A DNA stretch of 64,000 bases from an uncultured Planctomycetia bacterium (GTDB lineage: Bacteria > Planctomycetota > UBA8108), in contig CAYMLL010000001.1 in NCBI GenBank assembly GCA_964390645.1, forward strand, positions 35,045 through 99,044. Reading direction: 5' to 3'. The notes under the pieces were generated by a model that was not told the origin of the DNA, did not search any database, and worked only from the letters and a program-made list of their open reading frames with translations. This document shows, piece by piece, positions 58,133 to 64,000 of this stretch (within the stretch, counting starts at the first letter, position 1; every line of letters begins with the position of its first letter). The position numbers were made by a program, and so were the translations under genes.

Positions 58133-61100
58133 ATGCTGGGACATCGATGCGTACTCGGACTGCTCGTGTCGGCGCTCGTGGCAGTTGCGGCGACAGGCAC
58201 CCTGCAAGCGCAGATCTACTCGGACGACTTCGAGCGCGCCGACGGTCCCGTCGACGGCTGGACGAACGCCGGTGGCAACTGGGAGATTGCCGGCGGCGAG
58301 CTCGTCGGCGGGCCTCCATCCGGAGCCGAGCAGCAGATCTTCGCCGGCGACCCCGCTCTGGTCTTGCCCGACAGCTACCGCCTCTCGTTCGACATCCGCT
58401 GGATCGCGCCCGAGGGCGGCGGCGTCGGCCGCCACGGCGGCGTCATGTTCAACTTCCAGGGCGTCGGACCTCGCGGCTCGCAATCCGGCTACCTCGTCTG
58501 GTGGATCGACCGAGCAGCCGACAAGGGACTGAACCTGACACGACGCGACGGTGGCGGATTCAACCACCTCGTCGTCGGCCCCGGCGCCGCGAACGCTCCC
58601 GCGGACCCGCCCGAGCGCTGGACGATCGAGGTCGTCGGCCCGACGATCCGCGTCTACGGCGACGGCACTCTCTACATCGAGCACGTCGACAGCACGTACC
58701 GCGGCGGTCGCTTCGCGATGTTCACCTGGAACGGGGAAGGCCAGCACGTCGCGATCGACAACGTCCTGGTCGAGGGAATCGTGCTCGCCGACAATTTCAG
58801 CCGCTCGCCCGTCCCGAACTGGACGCCCGTCGGCGGCAACTGGAGCATCGACGGGGAATCCGAGACCTTGCGGGTCGGCCCGACGGGCGGCGAGATCCAG
58901 ATCTACGCCGGCAGCCCGCCGGTATCGCTGCCGGAGGAGTTCTCGCTGTCGGTCGACATGGCGTACCTGGCGCCGGGTACCCACCCGGTCGTCGGACGGC
59001 ACGCGTCAGTGAACTTCAACTACCAGGAGGCGACAGCCAGGAACGGCTCCGACGGCTACCAGGTCTTCTGGATCGACCGCGGCAGTGACTTCGGCCTCAA
59101 CCTCGTCCGCTGGGACGGCGGCGCTCTGGTGCCGCTGGATGCGAACGGCACCGGCGACCTCTTCGCCGACCCTCCGGCCAACCTGCGCATCGAGGTGGAC
59201 GGCGACACGATCCGTGTGTACGGCGACGACGTTCTGGCGATCGAGGCCGTCGACACCACGTACCGCGGCGGGCTCTTCGCCATCTGGTCGTGGACCGGCG
59301 GCCAGGAGCTCCAGGTCGACAATGTCATCGCGACCGCCGGCGACGAGACACTCTTCGAGGACACCTTCACGCCCGGTCCGATCTCGCTCGGCGACTGGAC
59401 CGTCATCGAGGGCCTCTGGGAGATCGTCGACGTCGACGGTGACAACGCTCTGCGCGCCGGACCCGCGGGCGCTACCGAGCAGAGCATCTTCGCGAACGCG
59501 ACGCTGCCAGCCGACTTCGTCGCCAGCGTCGACATCGACTGGATCGCCCCGCAGGGCGGTGGCGTCGGTCGACACGGCGGGGTCTACGTCTGCTGGCAAG
59601 AGCCGAGCGGTCGCACCGCCGGGAACGGCAACGGCTACCACATCTGGTGGATCGACCGCGCGGCCGACCGGGGCTGGAACCTGTTCAAGCAGGTGAACGG
59701 CACGTTCAACACGCTCGTATCGGGCACCGCGCCCGCGGGAGCAAGCCCCGACGGTGCCCTCTCGATCGAGGTCGCCGGTGACAGCATCCGTGTCCACCAC
59801 AACGGCGAGCTCGTCATCGACCACGACGACAGCCAGTTTCGCCGTGGCCATATCGGCCTCTGGACCTGGGCCGGCAAGGGGCAGAACGTCGACTTCGACG
59901 ACGTCGTCGTCTTCGGCGATCCGGTCCAGTGCATCCCCTGCTTCGCGGTGACGACGGACGCGCCGCGCTTCCCCGGCGAGCCGGTGAGCTTCGACGCCGG
60001 CTGTGGCTTCGGCAACATCACCTCGTACAGCTGGGACTTTGGCGATGGACAGTCCGACTCGGGCGAGCAGACGGAGCATACCTACGACGAGAGCGGTACC
60101 TACACGGTAACGCTGGCGGTCGAAGGCCCGGACGGCTGCCAGGAGTCGGTCTCGCAGGACATCGAGATCGCCTGCGTCGAGAGCTACGAGTGCGACGGCA
60201 GCGTCGCGAGCGACGACTTCGAGGATGGTGATCTCGACGGCTGGACGGTGGCGGGCGGCACCTGGAACGTCGACGACGGCGTCGCCGTCGCCGGGCCGGC
60301 AGCCGCTGGAGGCGCCGGTGCCGAGCAGCATCTCTTTCTAGACCAGGCGGTGCCCAACGACGAGGTGACGATCCAGTTCGACTGGGAGTTCCTCTCCTCC
60401 GGCAACGTGGCCGGCGTCGGACGCCACGCGGGAATCTACTTCTGCTGGACCGGCACCGGCGTGCGCTGGGACGGTGGCACGAGAGGCTACCAGCTGTGGT
60501 GGATCGACCGTGCGCAGGACCGGGGCCTCGTCCTGGCGGACTGGAATCCGGGGCTCTCGCGTATCCTCCATCCGGGCACCTTCGACCTCTTCCCCGAGCC
60601 CCCGCAGACCATCCGCATCCAGATCGACGGACCGCGCCTCCGCGTCTTCGGAGCCGACGTCTGCGCGATCGACATCGAGGACACGACCCACCGGGGTAGC
60701 CAGGTCGCTCTCTGGACCTGGGAGCAGGGCCAGCACGTGCGCTTCGACAACTTCTGCATCGACGGACCACGCCTGGCGCCGTGCTTCGAGGTCGCCAAGA
60801 GCGGCCCTACGGTAGTCGGCGGCTCGATCACCTTCGATGGCGACTGTACGTCCGTGGCCGACGACGTCGAGGACATCCCCCTCCTGAGCTGGGACTTCGG
60901 AGACGGCAACGGAGACGACGGCAACATCGTCCGGCACACGTACGCGGAGCCGGGCACGTACACCGTGACCATGACAGCGGAGATCCCCGGCGAGGTACGG
61001 AGCTTCTCGCGGGACATCGCCGTGTCGCCTCTGGCAACGGAGTTCGAGGACGGCTTCGACGCGTTCGGCGTGGAGCTCGGACCATGGACGGTCGCGGCGG

Positions 61101-62794
61101 GTGCTTGGTCCCGGGTCGACGGACGGCTGACGACCGGCCCGACCGGCGCAGAGCACTGGATCTGGGCCGGCGCGCCCCCGGAGGTGGCGCCGGGGAACTC
61201 GGTCTTCGAGTTCGACTACGAGTTCCTGGCTCCCGGGACCGTCCCGTCGGTCGGCCGCCACGGCGGATTCGCGTTCTGCTGCGACGATCCATCGTCGCGC
61301 GGCGTCTTCCGCGGCTACTACTTCGACTGGATCGATCGTGACTCCGACCGCGGCATACGACTCACTCGCTCCGACGGCGCTCCCGACTCGATTCTCGTCA
61401 ACGGACAGGGTGTCGAGAACGCACCCGCCGACCCGCCGACCCACTACCGCGTCGAGATCAACGGCCCACGCATCCGCATCTGGGGTGACGACGAGCTCTA
61501 CATCGACATCGTAGACAACACGTACCGTGGGGGCTTCTTCGGCTTCTGGACCTGGGCCGGCGGTCAGGAGGTCGCCGTCGACAACTTCGAGCAGGTCGAG
61601 AGCTCGCTCCTGAGCCCGTGCTTCGAGAGCCGCCCGGGCGCCCTCCTCGCCGCCGGCCAGGTCGGTACCTTCGACGCGTCCTGCGCCGGGATCTTCTGCG
61701 ACGTCGACAACATCGAGTTCTACACGTGGGACTTCGGCGACGGCAGTGATTCACGGAGCGGTGTCGAGGTGACGCACGCCTACGAGACGCCGGGAACCTT
61801 CCCGGTGACGCTCACGATCGAGGATTCCGACGGCAACGATCGCTCGGTATCGAAGGACGTCACCGTCTTCGAAGAGAAGGCCCCCTTCGCCGACTGCTTC
61901 GAGCGAGCAGCCGGAGCGCTCGATGGCTGGACGGTCCCGCTCGGCGCCTGGTCGATCCTCGGCAACGAGACGGCTGCCACGGCGACGACCACCGGCAACC
62001 CCGACGCCGAGAGCTGGGCCTGGTGCGGCGATCCCGCCGGCGCCACCGGGGAGCCGAACCTCGCGATACAGTTCGACGTCACGAGCGTCCTGTTCACCGG
62101 CAGCCCGCTGGACAGCGTACGACGACATTTCGGGGTCATGTTCTACTCGAACGTGGTGACGACGAACCGAACCGCGCCGGACTCGAGCGGCTACGGCCTC
62201 TGGTGGATCGACCGCACGAACGACCGCGGCGTCTCGCTGACGCGCCTCGACGGCACACAGCGCACCATGCTGGCATCCGGGGCGGGCAGCGATCTCGACG
62301 GCCCTCCCGGCGTCTGGCGCGTCGAGATCGACGGAACGGTGATCCGCGTCTTCGGCGACGACGTGCTCCTGATCGAGGTCGAGGACGAGACCTACCGCAC
62401 GGGGCACCTCGGGTTCTGGGCATGGAAGAACATGTCCCTCGGCATCGACAACGTCCGGGTCGGCCGTCTCGGCGAGCTGCCACAATGCGCTCCGGTCGGC
62501 GGAGCCCAGAGGGCATGCGACTTCAACCAGGACGGCCGCTTCGACCTCTCGGACGCGGTCAGCCTCCTCGCTTACCTCTTCACCGGAGGAGCCAGTCCTC
62601 CCTGCGGAGATGGCACGATCGCGGACCCCGCGAACCAAGCGCTCCTCGACGCCAACGGCGACGGGAACCTCGACATCTCCGACGCCGCGTACAAGCTCAA
62701 CTACCTCTTCACCGGGGGACCGGCTCCGATTCCGGGCGGCCAGTCGAGCTGCCTGCTGATCCCGGGCTGTCCGGACACCGGCTGCGTCGAATGA
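58133..62794 (+). CDS. Giant secreted protein with 6 DUF1080-like (concanavalin/LamG jelly-roll) repeats, 3 PKD domains and C-terminal dockerin-like pair (1,554 aa)
   Basis: ORF 57950..62794, with the start at MLGHRCVLGLLVSALVAVAATGTLQAQ (58133) after an AGGGAGACAAGGA RBS. Six ~200-aa repeats share DGWT..GGxW.I.GG.L.GP...EQ.IF.GDP...D...SFDI.W.AP.GGGVGRHGG...F.....GY..WWIDR..D.GLNL.R.DGG.F..L.....ADPP....IE..G..IRV.GD.....IE..D.TYRGG.F..WTW.G.....DN. PKD-like modules (C...F.A.C......Y.WDFGDG...G....H.Y...GTY.VTLT.E) follow repeats 3, 4 and 5. The C-terminus reads CDFNQDGRFDLSDAVSLLAYLFTGG...DANGDGNLDISDAAYKLNYLFTGG. Confidence 0.75.
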   Translation: MLGHRCVLGLLVSALVAVAATGTLQAQIYSDDFERADGPVDGWTNAGGNWEIAGGELVGGPPSGAEQQIFAGDPALVLPDSYRLSFDIRWIAPEGGGVGRHGGVMFNFQGVGPRGSQSGYLVWWIDRAADKGLNLTRRDGGGFNHLVVGPGAANAPADPPERWTIEVVGPTIRVYGDGTLYIEHVDSTYRGGRFAMFTWNGEGQHVAIDNVLVEGIVLADNFSRSPVPNWTPVGGNWSIDGESETLRVGPTGGEIQIYAGSPPVSLPEEFSLSVDMAYLAPGTHPVVGRHASVNFNYQEATARNGSDGYQVFWIDRGSDFGLNLVRWDGGALVPLDANGTGDLFADPPANLRIEVDGDTIRVYGDDVLAIEAVDTTYRGGLFAIWSWTGGQELQVDNVIATAGDETLFEDTFTPGPISLGDWTVIEGLWEIVDVDGDNALRAGPAGATEQSIFANATLPADFVASVDIDWIAPQGGGVGRHGGVYVCWQEPSGRTAGNGNGYHIWWIDRAADRGWNLFKQVNGTFNTLVSGTAPAGASPDGALSIEVAGDSIRVHHNGELVIDHDDSQFRRGHIGLWTWAGKGQNVDFDDVVVFGDPVQCIPCFAVTTDAPRFPGEPVSFDAGCGFGNITSYSWDFGDGQSDSGEQTEHTYDESGTYTVTLAVEGPDGCQESVSQDIEIACVESYECDGSVASDDFEDGDLDGWTVAGGTWNVDDGVAVAGPAAAGGAGAEQHLFLDQAVPNDEVTIQFDWEFLSSGNVAGVGRHAGIYFCWTGTGVRWDGGTRGYQLWWIDRAQDRGLVLADWNPGLSRILHPGTFDLFPEPPQTIRIQIDGPRLRVFGADVCAIDIEDTTHRGSQVALWTWEQGQHVRFDNFCIDGPRLAPCFEVAKSGPTVVGGSITFDGDCTSVADDVEDIPLLSWDFGDGNGDDGNIVRHTYAEPGTYTVTMTAEIPGEVRSFSRDIAVSPLATEFEDGFDAFGVELGPWTVAAGAWSRVDGRLTTGPTGAEHWIWAGAPPEVAPGNSVFEFDYEFLAPGTVPSVGRHGGFAFCCDDPSSRGVFRGYYFDWIDRDSDRGIRLTRSDGAPDSILVNGQGVENAPADPPTHYRVEINGPRIRIWGDDELYIDIVDNTYRGGFFGFWTWAGGQEVAVDNFEQVESSLLSPCFESRPGALLAAGQVGTFDASCAGIFCDVDNIEFYTWDFGDGSDSRSGVEVTHAYETPGTFPVTLTIEDSDGNDRSVSKDVTVFEEKAPFADCFERAAGALDGWTVPLGAWSILGNETAATATTTGNPDAESWAWCGDPAGATGEPNLAIQFDVTSVLFTGSPLDSVRRHFGVMFYSNVVTTNRTAPDSSGYGLWWIDRTNDRGVSLTRLDGTQRTMLASGAGSDLDGPPGVWRVEIDGTVIRVFGDDVLLIEVEDETYRTGHLGFWAWKNMSLGIDNVRVGRLGELPQCAPVGGAQRACDFNQDGRFDLSDAVSLLAYLFTGGASPPCGDGTIADPANQALLDANGDGNLDISDAAYKLNYLFTGGPAPIPGGQSSCLLIPGCPDTGCVE

Positions 62795-62927
62795 AGCGGC
62801 AGCTGTAGCCATGTCCACGGTCGGTCGCGAGTCCGCAAGATTCGTGGCCGACCGTGGATCTCTGTCGCTCGGTCGAAGTCACCCGGTCCGCGTTGACCGC
62901 GGGCACTGAAACCAGGAGAACGGTGGG

Positions 62928-64000
62928 ATGTCGGTTCGGTCCATGGCCCTTGCTCTGACGTCTCTCGCGGTCGCCTCGCTACCGGCGCAGGACTTCGACG
63001 ACGACTTCGAGCGCGGCAACGGTCCGCTCGACGGGTGGACCGTCCATGACGGCGACTGGAACATCGTCGACGGAGTCCTCGTCGCCGGTCCAGCCGGCGC
63101 CACGGAGCAGCACGCGTACGTCGGCGACCCCGCCCTTCGATTCCCGGCGGGCGACTACGTCTTCTCGGTCGACCTGCAGTTTCTCATCGAAGACCAGCAG
63201 CCGGTCGGGCGCCACGCAGGAATCGCGTTCTGCATGGACCAGCCCGCAGCGCGGTCGTCCTCCAGCGGCTACCTCGCATGGTGGATCGACCGCACCGCCG
63301 ACCGGGGGATCAACCTCACCCGTCGAGATGGCGGCGGCTTCAATCACCTCGTTCTGGGTGGCGGAGATCCGCTCTCCTCGCCACCGACCAACCTGACGAT
63401 CGAGATCACCGGCGACACGATCCGCGTCCATGCCGACGACGTCCTCGTCATCGAGCACGTCGACAACACCTACCGCGGCGGTCACTTCGGCCTCTGGTCC
63501 TGGAACGGCGCGAGCCAGCACGTCGCATTCGACAACGTCACGCTGGAAGCTGAAGTCCCGGCGCTCACGGCCTGCTTCACCTTCGACCCAGCCACTCCCC
63601 TGCCCGGAAACGATGTGATCTTCGACGCGTCCTGTAGCATCGCGAGCCTCGGCGAGATCGTGGGCCATGAGTGGTCCTTCGGGGACGGCGACTCTGCGGA
63701 AGGTGAGGTGGTCGAGCACGTCTACGACTTTGCCGACAACTACGTCGTCACGTTGACGGTGGAGGATGACCTGGGAAACGTCGCCACAGTCGACAGAAAC
63801 ATCGGAGTCCCGGACACGCTGCTGCCCCTCGAGGACGACTTCAACCGCGCCGAGGGACTCGCCGACGGCTGGACGATCCACGAAGGCGACTGGCGCATCA
63901 ACGCCGACGGCCAGCTGCAGGTGACGACGCAAGGAGCCGAGGCCACGATCTGGGCGGGCGACCCTGCTGGCGTGCTCGCGGGCGACTTCACCATCGAATT
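62928..64000 (+). CDS. Paralogous secreted DUF1080-like/PKD repeat protein, 5' part (runs off window end)
   Basis: The frame is open from the ATG at 62928 (MSVRSMALALTSLAVASLPAQ signal) to the window end. It has the same repeat (GYLAWWIDRTADRGINLTRRDGGGFNHLV ... IRVHADDVLVIEHVDNTYRGGHFGLWSWNG), a PKD module (HEWSFGDGDSAEG...YVVTLTVEDDLGN), and the start of a second repeat. Confidence 0.7.
   Translation, partial: MSVRSMALALTSLAVASLPAQDFDDDFERGNGPLDGWTVHDGDWNIVDGVLVAGPAGATEQHAYVGDPALRFPAGDYVFSVDLQFLIEDQQPVGRHAGIAFCMDQPAARSSSSGYLAWWIDRTADRGINLTRRDGGGFNHLVLGGGDPLSSPPTNLTIEITGDTIRVHADDVLVIEHVDNTYRGGHFGLWSWNGASQHVAFDNVTLEAEVPALTACFTFDPATPLPGNDVIFDASCSIASLGEIVGHEWSFGDGDSAEGEVVEHVYDFADNYVVTLTVEDDLGNVATVDRNIGVPDTLLPLEDDFNRAEGLADGWTIHEGDWRINADGQLQVTTQGAEATIWAGDPAGVLAGDFTIE

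Noticed and set aside
59006-62818. Three long minus-strand ORFs (441, 368 and 355 aa) antisense to the DUF1080/PKD repeat gene
   Set aside because: Antisense artefacts. Their repetitiveness simply mirrors the sense-strand repeats.

Overview
This is a high-GC (~68%) bacterial chromosomal window. Its gene content is typical of Planctomycetota or the wider PVC group, judged from a PSCyt1/PSCyt2/PSD1 giant gene with a DUF1501 partner, sulfatase, YHYH, LTD-CotH giants and many dockerin-like Ca-binding modules; the phylum call is inferred from gene content only.

Running from the 5' end, the window holds:
- a partial PhoD-like phosphodiesterase gene;
- an NfeD-NfeD-FloA (flotillin) membrane operon;
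- tRNA-Leu(CAA) followed by a small islet made of a poly-C tract, an IS3/IS481-like transposase remnant and a lower-GC VHL-beta-like hydrolase gene;
- a metabolic block with two class-III aminotransferases, an amidase, an amidohydrolase-2, a crotonase and a beta-lactamase-like esterase, plus a frameshifted OYE oxidoreductase;
- a desaturase with an acidic repeat tail, and an OmpR/HisK two-component pair;
- a phosphate module (PhoB-like regulator, frameshifted PhoU, PiT, DUF47).

The striking feature is the block from ~27.8 kb to the window end, plus one gene at 9.9-10.9 kb. It encodes at least 9 secreted proteins, several of them giants (1,066, 1,219, 1,818 and 1,554 aa). All carry a paired dockerin-type EF-hand-like module (D-x-N/D-x-D-G-x-x-D-[IVL]-S/T-D...LF-x-GG...C), N-terminal in some and C-terminal in others. 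The other domains fused to that module are lamin-tail (LTD), CotH kinase-like, LamG-like, DUF1080-like jelly-roll, PKD, IPT, YHYH, arylsulfatase and a PEP-utiliser/PPDK_N-like domain.

No cohesin or scaffoldin partner is recognisable in the window. Two G/C homopolymer tracts (5640-5775 and 44521-44600) look like assembly artefacts or hypervariable tracts; the second truncates a ribokinase gene.
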